Positions 39,981-50,061 of a stretch of DNA of 64,000 bases are shown here, one piece after another (the first letter of the stretch is position 1; each line of letters starts with the position of its first letter). The notes beneath the pieces are model-generated. The model was not told where the DNA came from. It did not search any database and saw nothing but the letters and a program-made list of their open reading frames with translations. The position numbers and the translations under genes were made by a program. The stretch is from an uncultured Candidatus Saccharibacteria bacterium (GTDB lineage Bacteria; Patescibacteriota; Saccharimonadia; Saccharimonadales; Saccharimonadaceae): the NCBI GenBank assembly GCA_963530635.1, contig CAUSEJ010000001.1, positions 38,216 to 102,215 on the forward strand, given 5' to 3'.

Positions 39981-41111
39981 TTATTCTTCGACGTCGTTGA
40001 GAGGCGCGGTAATCTCTGGTTTGATAGCGTGAGCCTCATCGCTTTTGGTGTCTGTTGGATAAAAGTAAGACACTCGAGGGAATGGATATTCCGTGTACTG
40101 GCCCGTCTTTCGATCGTTTTTAGTTATTTTCCTTTTAGTCTCAATAACTGTGTAGTATGTTTTGTTCTTATCTCCTACCTCTTGCACCTCACAATATGCT
40201 GCCGAATATACCTGGGGTTGATTGGTTTCTTTGCCATCATTGATCGGGAATGGGTCTTCGTATTCTGCCATGATCGCACACTTCGTAACGCGGAGAGCAA
40301 TGCGGTCTTCTTCCTTCGGTTTTTTGCCTTTCGTATGAGCTTCATCAGCGGCTTCGACAAGGCGGCCATAATAACCATGGGGTTTAAATTTATTTTTGTC
40401 ACTGTCATCTTTATTCTCATCATTGGAATCTCTGACGATATTAGAGTGTGGGACGTCTATATAATCGGCCAAACATTGCAGCACTGGCCATGCGTTGACT
40501 TCTCTACCATCTGCATTTGTGAATAAAGCCTTTGACTGAGCATCATCACAGAGATCACGGAAAAGTCGATCAACATTATCACACCACGCAATTGCCAACT
40601 CTTTTGACTGGTCAGCACGTGACTCGGTAAGAATTGTCATGACCTCTGGTTTTAGGTTATTACCAAAGAAGGTTTTACACGCAAGCCCTTTGTCATAATC
40701 ACTCATTGTTTTCCACTTTTCAGAGTCAAACTCACTAAGATTCGCGAAGTTATACGACCGGCGAGGTTCGGGCCGCTCATTGCTTGGTGCGCCAGGCTCC
40801 ACAGGCTCTTGTGTAGGTGATGAAGTTTCTGTCGCTGTGGCAGATGGGGTTGCTTCTGGGCTCGAGCTTGGAGACTCTGATGGTGAGGGTGTTTCTGAAG
40901 CAATATTATTCTCAGCAGAACCACGCCCAGCAAGGAACGCTATACTTGCTGCGGCAGCAACAGCAGCGGCACCAGCACTTAAAGCACCTATAAGAGTCCG
41001 TCGATCAACAACTCCTTCTCCGTCTTTGTTTTGTTGAGTGGCGGCACCGCTGAATATTTCGGGCTCGCTAGGCTCAGAATTTGCCGGATAGCTGTCATGT
41101 CTGTTTATCAT
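39981..41111 (-). CDS. Hypothetical membrane-anchored/secreted protein with S/P/T/E linker
   Basis: GGAGG RBS before ATG 41111; DRRTLIG followed by hydrophobic helix. Confidence 0.7.
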   Translation of the reverse strand: MINRHDSYPANSEPSEPEIFSGAATQQNKDGEGVVDRRTLIGALSAGAAAVAAAASIAFLAGRGSAENNIASETPSPSESPSSSPEATPSATATETSSPTQEPVEPGAPSNERPEPRRSYNFANLSEFDSEKWKTMSDYDKGLACKTFFGNNLKPEVMTILTESRADQSKELAIAWCDNVDRLFRDLCDDAQSKALFTNADGREVNAWPVLQCLADYIDVPHSNIVRDSNDENKDDSDKNKFKPHGYYGRLVEAADEAHTKGKKPKEEDRIALRVTKCAIMAEYEDPFPINDGKETNQPQVYSAAYCEVQEVGDKNKTYYTVIETKRKITKNDRKTGQYTEYPFPRVSYFYPTDTKSDEAHAIKPEITAPLNDVEE

Positions 41112-41547
41112 AAGCTTCAATCCTCCCCAATACAGGATTAGTGGTTATGTGTGCTTATTATCTGCGCACTTGCGTTTCATGCTACCATTGTTTGCGCGGC
41201 AGGTCAAATATTTTTTGGCCTCTGTTGAGGAAAATAGATAGCGAGCATAGACAGAGGTTACTATAGAAATATATTCGAACGATATTTTTTGGTAAAAAAT
41301 AAGAGATATTTTATACATATTGCATGATGGATGAAATATGATGGCTCGAATACGAGAAATTGGCCCTCAGCTATGTAGATATGATGATACCCTGTCCCTA
41401 TTATTAAAAAATATAGTTACACAAATTAACAATATACCTAATAAATACTCTGATAAGCTACATAATTTACACTAACAAACCACCACATATCCGAATCGCC
41501 TATATATATTGCCACCCCACCCCATATCCGCTATAATACAGAGGTAC

Positions 41548-41637
41548 GGAGAGGTGCAAGAGTGGTTGAATTGGCACGCCTGGAACGCGTGTGTGGCGGC
41601 AACGTCACCCAGGGTTCGAATCCCTGTCTCTCCGCCA
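41548..41637 (+). tRNA. tRNA-Ser(GGA)
   Basis: GGAGAGG/TCTCTCC acceptor stem, CACGC-CTGGAAC-GCGTG anticodon arm, long variable arm, TTCGAAT, encoded CCA. Confidence 0.95.
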
Positions 41638-41773
41638 TATCAGCGCCAGGCGGCACGCTGCCATAAGTGCGCTGCTGATTCGTCTTTTGGCATGATGCGT
41701 GGCTATACTGCATATTTTTGTGCAGATTGGGCTTGCAGAAATGTTTTTTGACAGTTTATACTAAAGGATAATT

Positions 41774-43054
41774 ATGGTACGATCTTCTACACCAGTTATA
41801 GAACTCCGAGGCCTCACCAAGCAGTATGGTCTGGGTGATGCTGCCCAAAACGCCTTGGACAACGTCGACCTGCGAGTCGAAAAAGGCGAATTCATCGTCA
41901 TCATGGGCCCCAGTGGCTGCGGTAAGACGACATTACTCAATATCATGGGTTTGCTCGACCGCGCCGACAGCGGCGAATATTTTCTTGATGGAACATCGGT
42001 CGCGACGCTGAGCAAGCGCCAACACGCTCGGATTCGCTCGCGGCAGATTGGCATTGTCTTTCAGAGTTTTAACCTGATTAATCGCCTAACGGTGCTTGAG
42101 AATGTTGCCCTACCCCTGAGCTATCGTGGGGGAATGCGCCGCGTCAAGCGCCTGGAGCAAGCTAGTGCAGTGCTGAAGAATTTCCACCTCCAAGAGCGCG
42201 AATATTACATGCCGTGGCAGCTTAGTGGTGGGCAGGTGCAGCGCGTAGCGATTGCTCGCGCCCTGGTAAATCACCCGTCGATTATCCTGGCCGATGAGCC
42301 AACTGGTAACCTCGATAGCCGCTCGAGCCATATCATTATGGAAGAGCTGGCTCAACTACACCGCCGAGGCAATACCATCATTATGGTGACGCACAACCCG
42401 AACCTCACGAGCTACGCCAGCCGCGTGATTAAGATGCTTGATGGGCAGATTGCCAGTGATGAGCAGATGCGCACCACTGCCGCTACGCCAACACCAGTGG
42501 CCCGCAAGCCACGAGTTCGTCGGGCAGCACCTGCTGGCAAGGCTGCGCCGACGATTGCGCAGAGCACGGCATCTGCCGCTCAGCCAGCTGCGCCAGTCAA
42601 GGCAATCGCTCGCGGTCGTCCCGCCAAGGCCCCTGCACCAGCAACGACAGCACCAACAGTAGTCGACTACGAAGATCCGCATACCCAAGATGGCCCGACC
42701 ATCGAGCCTATGCCAGTTGCTCCGCCAGAGGTGCCGCCAGCCTTGCCGGCTGCACAGCACGCTCCGTCGGCAGGGCAGCCCGTTCCACCACACTCCGCTG
42801 CGCCGGCTCAAGCAGCATCGGCTATTTCAGCTCAGGCTGCAACGCCTGCGTCAACACAGCCTGTAGCCGCACCACCCAAGCCGGTTGCACCACAACCCGC
42901 TAGTCAGTCGGCGCAGCCTGCAGCACCAGCAGCCCATGTTGCGGTGCAATCACCATCTGCAGCATCTGCTCAGCCAGCCAAGGCTACACCGGCCCAGCAG
43001 CCCGCTGCACCATCGTCTGCTCACCAATCTAGCACAAAGGAGCCCCAGGCATGA
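41774..43054 (+). CDS. MacB/LolD-type ABC ATPase with ~190 aa Pro/Ala-rich tail
   Basis: GPSGCGKT, LSGGQVQRVAIARAL, LADEPTGNLD, VTHN. Confidence 0.9.
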   Translation: MVRSSTPVIELRGLTKQYGLGDAAQNALDNVDLRVEKGEFIVIMGPSGCGKTTLLNIMGLLDRADSGEYFLDGTSVATLSKRQHARIRSRQIGIVFQSFNLINRLTVLENVALPLSYRGGMRRVKRLEQASAVLKNFHLQEREYYMPWQLSGGQVQRVAIARALVNHPSIILADEPTGNLDSRSSHIIMEELAQLHRRGNTIIMVTHNPNLTSYASRVIKMLDGQIASDEQMRTTAATPTPVARKPRVRRAAPAGKAAPTIAQSTASAAQPAAPVKAIARGRPAKAPAPATTAPTVVDYEDPHTQDGPTIEPMPVAPPEVPPALPAAQHAPSAGQPVPPHSAAPAQAASAISAQAATPASTQPVAAPPKPVAPQPASQSAQPAAPAAHVAVQSPSAASAQPAKATPAQQPAAPSSAHQSSTKEPQA

Positions 43055-44274
43055 TAATCATCGACCATTTCGAAAATGCAAGCAGTAGCTTCCGGCGCAA
43101 TCGCGGCCGTAATTTGCTGGCGACGCTGGGTGTGGCAATTGGTGTGGGTAGTATCGTGGCGATCTTGGCACTGAGCGGTGGCCTGCACAATATCATCTCC
43201 CAACAGGTGTCTGAGCTCAACAATAACCTCATTGTGGTGCGCCCTGGTGTGCAAGACAAGAGCTTCTCGTCGCTGGCGAGCTCGGTGGCGCAGTATAATT
43301 ACAACACCAGCACCATTACCGAGTCCGACGTCGAGGCAGTGCGCAAGATGCCACATATCCGCGCTGTAGCACCAATGATGACCTCTGAGAACAAACTCAA
43401 GAGCAACGACCGAGAAGCCACCACTACTGTTGTGGCGACCTCGCCAGACCTTGCTATCACGAGTCAGCTCGAACTACGTGAGGGTGACTTTCTCGAGGGT
43501 GGCACGCACGACGCTAAGCCAGCGGTGCTTGGCCCAAAGCTGTCGGTGCAGCTGTTTGGCACCGAGCAGTCGATTGGCCAGACCTTCAAGATTCGTGGCA
43601 AGGAGTTTATCGTGGTGGGGGTGATGCGTGCTACAGAAAATCCGCTGAATTATAACAACGTTGATTTCGACAACGCAGCTATCATTACCACCGAGGCAGG
43701 TAAGAAAATCCACAGTGGTCATACACAGATTCAGCAGATCAACATCCAGGCTGATGCGTCGCAGCAGGTAGGGCAGATTGCTCAGCAAGTTAAGGACAAG
43801 ATTAAGCAAAATCATCAAGGCGAAGAAGACTTTACCGTGGCCACGGGTGACGCGATTAGCCAGCCGACCAACCGGCTCTTTACCGCGCTGACCCAGGTGC
43901 TGACGCTAATTGCGGCGATCTCGCTGGTAGTTGGCGGTATCGGCATCATGAACATCATGCTGGTGAGTGTGGTGGAGCGTACGCGCGAGGTGGGTATCCG
44001 CAAGGCGGTTGGTGCGACCGATGGTAATATCATTACACAGTTTGTTATCGAGGCGTTGGCGATAAGCTTGCTTGGTGGTATCTTGGGCTACATCCTGGGC
44101 TACATAGTGGCGCTGAGCTTTAGCCTGTGGCTGTCCTTTGCGCCATCGCTGGAGTGGCAGACGGCGGTGATGGCAATTGGCCTCGCACTAGCGGTTGGCC
44201 TCACCTTCGGTCTCTACCCAGCCATTCGGGCCGCGCGCAAGAACACAATCGAGTCGCTACGGCAGTACCACTAA
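43051..44274 (+). CDS. MacB-type ABC permease
   Basis: LGVAIGVG, GGIGIMNIMLVSVVERTREVGIRKAVGA, GLYPAIRAA. Confidence 0.9.
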   Translation: MIIIDHFENASSSFRRNRGRNLLATLGVAIGVGSIVAILALSGGLHNIISQQVSELNNNLIVVRPGVQDKSFSSLASSVAQYNYNTSTITESDVEAVRKMPHIRAVAPMMTSENKLKSNDREATTTVVATSPDLAITSQLELREGDFLEGGTHDAKPAVLGPKLSVQLFGTEQSIGQTFKIRGKEFIVVGVMRATENPLNYNNVDFDNAAIITTEAGKKIHSGHTQIQQINIQADASQQVGQIAQQVKDKIKQNHQGEEDFTVATGDAISQPTNRLFTALTQVLTLIAAISLVVGGIGIMNIMLVSVVERTREVGIRKAVGATDGNIITQFVIEALAISLLGGILGYILGYIVALSFSLWLSFAPSLEWQTAVMAIGLALAVGLTFGLYPAIRAARKNTIESLRQYH

Positions 44275-44297
44275 ACAAGATAGTTATGTTGATACAG

Positions 44298-44324
44298 AAC
44301 CCGCCAGGAGAGTGGCGGGTTTTT
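44298..44324 (+). terminator. Intrinsic terminator
   Basis: AACCCGCCA-N6-TGGCGGGTTTTT. Confidence 0.75.
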
Positions 44325-44385
44325 ACTTGGCTTTCTATCCTACTCTACTCTAAATATAGAGTTTTGAAGTATGAAGTTTGACATT

Positions 44386-45402
44386 TCAAGACACACCGCT
44401 CTTCCCCTGTTTCACGCCATTCAACACGCCAAGGTAGCAGCTAGCAAATTCTGCTAGTATCATGCCGTGCAGCACCTGTTCTAACTCTGTCTTGCCCGCA
44501 AGCAAAACAGACTTTGCGTGGGGGCGGCGGCCACTGAGGCGGCGATCGAGCGCTGCCATGCGCTGCTGGGTAGTGGCGTCATTCTCCCCCGCGAGGTCGA
44601 AAAGCGCGAATGGCTTATCTACCGGATGGCTTAGCCAGCCATGAGCGCCGGCCTGCTCAGCCTCGGCAAGAGTGGTAGAAAAGGCCACATTGTGCGCTCG
44701 TTCCTGCCAGCACCACTGCCACCACTGGGCCACTGGCGCGAGCGCCCCACTGCCGCAAAACACCGCCGTCTTGCCTGCTGCTTGGCGTGCAATCTGCTTA
44801 GCGAGGTTACGAGCGGTCGGCACGGTAGCGCCCCACTGCTGCGCTGCATTCGCTGTGTACGCTGCGCCATCTGCTATCGCTTCCACAAGATCATCATCCA
44901 GCAACTGATAGGCCGTCAATAGCGCACTCAGTGTGCTGAGTATGCGTAGTGGTGCCACCTGCCCTTCTCTATTAGCAATTGGCATAATAGTGGCTGCAGG
45001 ATATGCTGTGGCGTACTCAGCCGCGGCAGCATCATGAGTGAGTAGAATAGCTAGAGCGGCATGCTGCTGTGTATAGCGCAGCATATTCGTCACCTGGTCA
45101 GGCGAGATGCTAGCCTCGATAATAATCACCAGGCTATGTGCGTCCACAAATGCGGGCACTGCTTCGCTACACAGCACAGGCACAGCTATGTGAGGCTGCA
45201 CGAGCTGCTGAGCGACGTGAGCAATCAATGCACTACCATCCGTTGCTATAATCACAACATTACGAATATCATGCTGGGCTGCTATATGTGAGAGCTGGCT
45301 AGATACCTCTGTTGGCAGCATCGTTTGTTTCCATAATGTTGCAATGTGGCGCAGCGTGGCTTCGGCACCGCGTTGGCGCAATATGGTCTGGTCATCAAGC
45401 AT
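44386..45402 (-). CDS. Degenerate SIS-domain phosphoglucose/phosphomannose isomerase-like protein
   Basis: IRNVVI..DGSAL, NLAKQIA...GKTAVF, GWLSHPVDKPF, ASCYLGVLNGV; AAGGAG RBS. Confidence 0.65.
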   Translation of the reverse strand: MLDDQTILRQRGAEATLRHIATLWKQTMLPTEVSSQLSHIAAQHDIRNVVIIATDGSALIAHVAQQLVQPHIAVPVLCSEAVPAFVDAHSLVIIIEASISPDQVTNMLRYTQQHAALAILLTHDAAAAEYATAYPAATIMPIANREGQVAPLRILSTLSALLTAYQLLDDDLVEAIADGAAYTANAAQQWGATVPTARNLAKQIARQAAGKTAVFCGSGALAPVAQWWQWCWQERAHNVAFSTTLAEAEQAGAHGWLSHPVDKPFALFDLAGENDATTQQRMAALDRRLSGRRPHAKSVLLAGKTELEQVLHGMILAEFASCYLGVLNGVKQGKSGVS

Positions 45403-45492
45403 AATCGTCTCCTTCTGCTTGCAAGAGTATACCCTCCCATGATACATTAATTAGCAGAGAATCATAAGCATATTTGGAGACAGGTGGGAACC

Positions 45493-45957
45493 ATGAATAT
45501 CAGCACTACATCACAATCAATTACCGACGATCAAGAGCTTGCCAAGGTGCTCGCTGGGATCGGCCCGCAGGTAGGCACAGCAGCGTCGCAGCGGTCGCAA
45601 GCGATGATGTCGGGGCAAGGTGCTGGCCGTTCGTCACTCTCGGGTATGTCGGGCAATATGGGCTCGTCAGTGCCAGTCATGTCTTCGCAGCAGCAATCGT
45701 CACAGCCTGCCCCCAGTGGTGAGGCGCTCAATGGCGTGAAGCAGTCAGCCATCAAAGAGCTGCGCCCACTGGTGGATAAACTCAACGTTAGCCCAGATGA
45801 GAAATTCGATACCTATCTGCTTTTGATCCGCTCGACGGACGACAAGAGTTTGATCGACCCAGCGTACCAAATCGCTAAATCTATTCGCGATGAAACCCGC
45901 CGCGCCCAAGCGCTGCTCGACATCATCAAAGAGATCGACTATTTGTCGCAGCGGTAG
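45493..45957 (+). CDS. Hypothetical protein with helical C-terminal domain
   Basis: Low-complexity N-half; ELRPLVDKLNVSPDEKFDTYLLLIRSTDD; terminator-like hairpin at 45984-46006. Confidence 0.75.
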   Translation: MNISTTSQSITDDQELAKVLAGIGPQVGTAASQRSQAMMSGQGAGRSSLSGMSGNMGSSVPVMSSQQQSSQPAPSGEALNGVKQSAIKELRPLVDKLNVSPDEKFDTYLLLIRSTDDKSLIDPAYQIAKSIRDETRRAQALLDIIKEIDYLSQR

Positions 45958-46045
45958 CGGATACTGCAATAAGAGCAAGCATTATCACCACTGATGTGGT
46001 GATTTTGTTATGGTACTAAAAATGATATATAATACAAACACAACC

Positions 46046-46963
46046 ATGGTAAAAACACGTCACTATAAGCCACATCGCCGTACACCCAAACATCATAGCA
46101 TTGATGCAATGCCATCACTTATATCGCCGAGCCAGTGGTCGACGTCTTCTTCGAACATCAAAAAGCAGCTTGTTACTGTTGATGCAGCGCTGAAGAGCCA
46201 AAAGCCACATCTCACCTACCTCGTCGAGCAGCAGGGTCGCAATTGGAGTGAGGAAAAACGCCGCCAGCGACGCTCAGCTGCCCTGGGAGAAAGTGCTGTG
46301 ACGCTTGTGCAGCACTATGCGAGCAAAGAACAGTGGTCGCATGTCGATATGGCGCGGCTGCTCGCAGCGTATCCTGGCTGGGTGGAGGCGACCGAACAAG
46401 ATGATACGGCGCTAACTCGGCAAGAAAAGAAGCAGCGGATCAAGAAGCTCACACACTTTAACCATGCCCTGCGCGATGTGATAGACAACGCCACACACTC
46501 CTGCGAGACATGGAAGTCGATACCGTCTGTATCGGATATAGTTAACGGCTTAGAAGCAGTGTATCCAGGCAAGAAGCATGCTCAAAACAAGCAAGATCGA
46601 ATAGGTATGTTGTATGCGACAGTAGCGGGCATTCGCAATGAAGTGCTCTTTATGCGGGTGCTGGATGAAGCGGGCATTGCCTATGAGCCAGGCACAGCCA
46701 ACCAGGATATGCGCGGGATAGATATGATAGTGAATGGTAAGCTTATCGATCTCAAGTCGTCTGAACACTACGAATACGATGCTCAGGAAGATGCTGCTGA
46801 GCATGATGATGACGGACGGATCTTTTTCTTCCCTGGTGTGGAGCGGTATGAATATCGCAATAAACTAATGCTGCCGAAGGAAAAAATTATCCGGGTTACG
46901 CCACGGGTGGTAGCCCGCATGTATAGCCATGGTATCCTAGATAAGCCAACGCAACAGAGGTAG
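46046..46963 (+). CDS. Hypothetical protein with PD-(D/E)xK-like motif
   Basis: GIRNE...QDMRGIDMIVNGKLIDLKS. Confidence 0.6.
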   Translation: MVKTRHYKPHRRTPKHHSIDAMPSLISPSQWSTSSSNIKKQLVTVDAALKSQKPHLTYLVEQQGRNWSEEKRRQRRSAALGESAVTLVQHYASKEQWSHVDMARLLAAYPGWVEATEQDDTALTRQEKKQRIKKLTHFNHALRDVIDNATHSCETWKSIPSVSDIVNGLEAVYPGKKHAQNKQDRIGMLYATVAGIRNEVLFMRVLDEAGIAYEPGTANQDMRGIDMIVNGKLIDLKSSEHYEYDAQEDAAEHDDDGRIFFFPGVERYEYRNKLMLPKEKIIRVTPRVVARMYSHGILDKPTQQR

Positions 46964-47014
46964 ATCTCACCACAGACATGCGACTATAACAGAGGTAAAG
47001 GAGGTGTATGCCAT

Positions 47015-47323
47015 ATGCCACACGAAATACCACAGCAGCCGTCAAATGAAGAGCATGAGAGACATGCGGTGCTCAAAGAGTCAATCGCTCAATCGATTCT
47101 CAAGAAAAGACCATGGCCCTATGGTGGATCTGAAGGCGAGCCGAGGCCGCTCTCTATCCAGTGGATGTCGCTACAGTATGCTGAGGATGGCTGGTCAGCA
47201 ACTGGCTTAACCACTGATGGGCGCTATGTAAGAGTAGACATCAGCAACAATGCAGACGATGTGATACTCGAAGTGGAGGCTGTGCAATCCGACGGAGAGA
47301 CAGATACCCCACAGAGTAGCTAG
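47015..47323 (+). CDS. Small acidic hypothetical protein
   Basis: Strong AAGGAGG RBS; 102 aa ORF. Confidence 0.55.
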   Translation: MPHEIPQQPSNEEHERHAVLKESIAQSILKKRPWPYGGSEGEPRPLSIQWMSLQYAEDGWSATGLTTDGRYVRVDISNNADDVILEVEAVQSDGETDTPQSS

Positions 47324-47336
47324 CCGTGTGCACACA

Positions 47337-48755
47337 CTAGCTCGCTGATGTCCGCTTGTTGTGACGCGAAGTTGGCTTTTTCTTGCGCTTGGCTTTAGCT
47401 TTGGGTTGAGGTTTGCTAGCGTCTTTTGTGCGCTTGCTCTTGCCTCGTGCTGGCTTTTTCTTCGATGCTTGCTGCTCGTGTATAGCGTTTCGTACCTCTG
47501 TTATTTCGTCCCAGGGGTGGGTTCCGTCGGCGCGTTCGATGGTTTTTTCGTGGCCTTTGCCGAGGAAGACGATGATGTCGCGAGCAGTGCGGGCACGGCG
47601 GACGGCAAAGCGGATGGCCTCAGCGCGGTCGTGGATGAGGAAGAGATCGGTGTCTTGGGTTTTGCCAGCAGCTTCTGCGCCTTTGGCAATTTGGGCGAGG
47701 ATGTGTTGCCCATCGACATCGCGGTCGTCTTCTTCGGTGAGAATAAGCTCGTCGGCGATTCGCCCTGCGATCTTGCCTTGGATGGCTCGCTTGGACTCAT
47801 CGCGCCGGCCAGCCGAGCCAAACAGGACGATCAGCTTGCCCTTGGTGCTGGCTCGCACACTGCCCAGCAGCCGCTCGAAGGCGTCGGGTGTGTGGGCAAA
47901 GTCGACAATAGCGGAGAATGGCTGCCCAGCATCCACCACTGTCATACGGCCCTCCACCCCGGTGAGTGCAGCCAGGCCCTGCTCGATCTGCGCCCGGCTC
48001 AGGCCTACCTCGTGCCCCACGGCTACCGCGGCCAGGCTGTTGGCGATGTTGAACTCACCCGGCATATTGATGGTGATGTGGTGCATCTCCCCCATTAGCC
48101 ACACATCGTAGCGGCTACCCAAGGCGGTTTGGGTGATGTTAGTAGCCCGGATGTTACCGTCAGCGATGCCGTAGCATAGGCTACGGGGCACGGCTTGCTC
48201 GAAGACTGCTGCTGATGGGTCATCCGCATTGATAATGCCAACCCGCCGCGCCAGCTTGAAGAGCCGTGTCTTGGTGGCGCGGTAGCGCTCAAATGTCTTG
48301 TGATAATCCAGATGCTCGTGTGTAACGTTGGTCATGACGGCAATGTCGATCGGGACGCCAAAGATGCGGTGCTGCGCCAATGCATGGCTCGTTACCTCTA
48401 GCACCACCCACTGCACATTACGCCGCCGAAACTCCGCCAAACGCTGCTGCAACAGGGGTGCAGACACGGTAGTCATGTGCTCGGTTTGCGATGTGATGTC
48501 GTCATTCACTCCATACGCCACCGTCGTCATCAGACCAACATTGTAGCCTGCTTCGACCAGCATGCGGTGAATCATAAAGCACGTCGTGGTCTTGCCGTTC
48601 GTCCCCGTTACGCCAATGACGTGCATGCCCTGGGCTGGGAAGCCTTGGTTAGCCGCTGCGGCAGTGGCTTCAAGCAGCCGATAGCCTGGCTCCAGCGCCG
48701 CCAGCACGCTGGGTGGGAGCGTATTCTTGAGTGTTTGTTTTAGAGAAAATGCCAT
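47337..48755 (-). CDS. murE: UDP-MurNAc-tripeptide ligase
   Basis: GVTGTNGKTTT, LEVTSHALAQ, TNVTHEHLDYH, VDFAHTPDA, GKGHE; Lys-rich tail. Confidence 0.92.
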   Translation of the reverse strand: MAFSLKQTLKNTLPPSVLAALEPGYRLLEATAAAANQGFPAQGMHVIGVTGTNGKTTTCFMIHRMLVEAGYNVGLMTTVAYGVNDDITSQTEHMTTVSAPLLQQRLAEFRRRNVQWVVLEVTSHALAQHRIFGVPIDIAVMTNVTHEHLDYHKTFERYRATKTRLFKLARRVGIINADDPSAAVFEQAVPRSLCYGIADGNIRATNITQTALGSRYDVWLMGEMHHITINMPGEFNIANSLAAVAVGHEVGLSRAQIEQGLAALTGVEGRMTVVDAGQPFSAIVDFAHTPDAFERLLGSVRASTKGKLIVLFGSAGRRDESKRAIQGKIAGRIADELILTEEDDRDVDGQHILAQIAKGAEAAGKTQDTDLFLIHDRAEAIRFAVRRARTARDIIVFLGKGHEKTIERADGTHPWDEITEVRNAIHEQQASKKKPARGKSKRTKDASKPQPKAKAKRKKKPTSRHNKRTSAS

Positions 48756-48966
48756 GACACATATTATACCACTTTTGGTAGTATTTAAAACCATGAGCTG
48801 ATCCTATCTATAGGAGTATCGACCTCTGATCGTCTCAGCAAAAGGAATGAAAGAAAAGAGCTTGAGAGTAGGTTAGCTCTTGAGGTTCAAACTCATGCAA
48901 TTTGATTTTTTATTATCACACTACTCTCTCATCTTCCTTGCTCTGCTATTCTGCTATAATAACTTT

Positions 48967-50061
48967 ATGAAGATTCTTGGGATTGAGAGCAGCTGTGACG
49001 AGACGGCGGCTGCGGTGGTGGCCGATGGGCGGCGCTTGCTGAGCAGTGTCGTGCACTCGCAGATAGACATTCACGCCCAGTATGGTGGTGTGGTACCAGA
49101 GGTAGCGGCACGGAGCCATATTGAGATGATTACCCCGGTGATTGACCGCGCCTTGGCCGAGGCGGCATGCAGCTGGGATGAGATTGATGGCATTGCGGTG
49201 ACGTATGCGCCTGGACTAGTGGGGTCACTGCTGGTCGGGACGCTGGCGGCGCGGACGTTGGCACTTGTGCACGAGAAGCCGCTCTACGCGATTCATCATG
49301 TGGAGGCGCATGTCTATGCTAACTTTGTGGTGGAGGATGGCCGGCCAAAGCCCGAGCCCGCCCTAATGCTCCCTACTGCGCAGCCGAGCTTCCCTATGTT
49401 GGCGCTTATCGTCTCTGGTGGGCATAGTCAGTTGGTGCTGTTTCGGGCGCATGGTGACTATACACTACTTGGCCAGACGCAGGATGATGCCGTGGGCGAA
49501 GCCTTCGACAAGGTAGCGAAAATCATTGGTTTGCCCTACCCTGGCGGCCCGGCCATTGCTGCTGCCGCTACGCACGGTGACCCGCAGCGTTACGCGTTAC
49601 CCAAGGCGCGGATGCATGGCCAGTACGATTTCTCTTTTTCGGGCCTCAAGACGGCCGTGCTGCGCCGAATGCAGGCCGAGGTGGGCAAAGATACCTCTTT
49701 CCCTTCGCACGAGCTCCCAGCGCTTGTCACGCCGCAGCAGCGCCATGATATGGCGGCGAGCTTTCAACGTGTGGCGGTAGAGACGTTGGTGGATAAGACG
49801 GTGCTGGCCTACAAGCACTATGCCCCACGCTCCGTCGTGATTGCTGGTGGTGTGGCGGCCAACCAAGAACTCCGCCGCCAGCTGCGCACCGCCCTGCCCT
49901 GCTCCATTAGCTACGCACCCATGGCCTTTTGTACAGACAATGCAGTGATGATCGCCACCCTCGCCTACTACTACGCCCAGGCTGGCCGCACAGTCGACCC
50001 ATACCTGCTCGAAGTTCAGCCAAGCTTGTCGATGCGCGAAGCGGTGTGGGCTGATAATTAG
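48967..50061 (+). CDS. tsaD: tRNA t6A threonylcarbamoyltransferase
   Basis: LGIESSCDET, GGVVPEVAARSH, HHVEAH, VSGGHS, DDAVGEAFDK, FSFSGLKT, TDNAVMI. Confidence 0.97.
   Translation: MKILGIESSCDETAAAVVADGRRLLSSVVHSQIDIHAQYGGVVPEVAARSHIEMITPVIDRALAEAACSWDEIDGIAVTYAPGLVGSLLVGTLAARTLALVHEKPLYAIHHVEAHVYANFVVEDGRPKPEPALMLPTAQPSFPMLALIVSGGHSQLVLFRAHGDYTLLGQTQDDAVGEAFDKVAKIIGLPYPGGPAIAAAATHGDPQRYALPKARMHGQYDFSFSGLKTAVLRRMQAEVGKDTSFPSHELPALVTPQQRHDMAASFQRVAVETLVDKTVLAYKHYAPRSVVIAGGVAANQELRRQLRTALPCSISYAPMAFCTDNAVMIATLAYYYAQAGRTVDPYLLEVQPSLSMREAVWADN

Noticed and set aside
47361..48111. Two 230-245 aa plus-strand ORFs
   Set aside because: Antisense to murE
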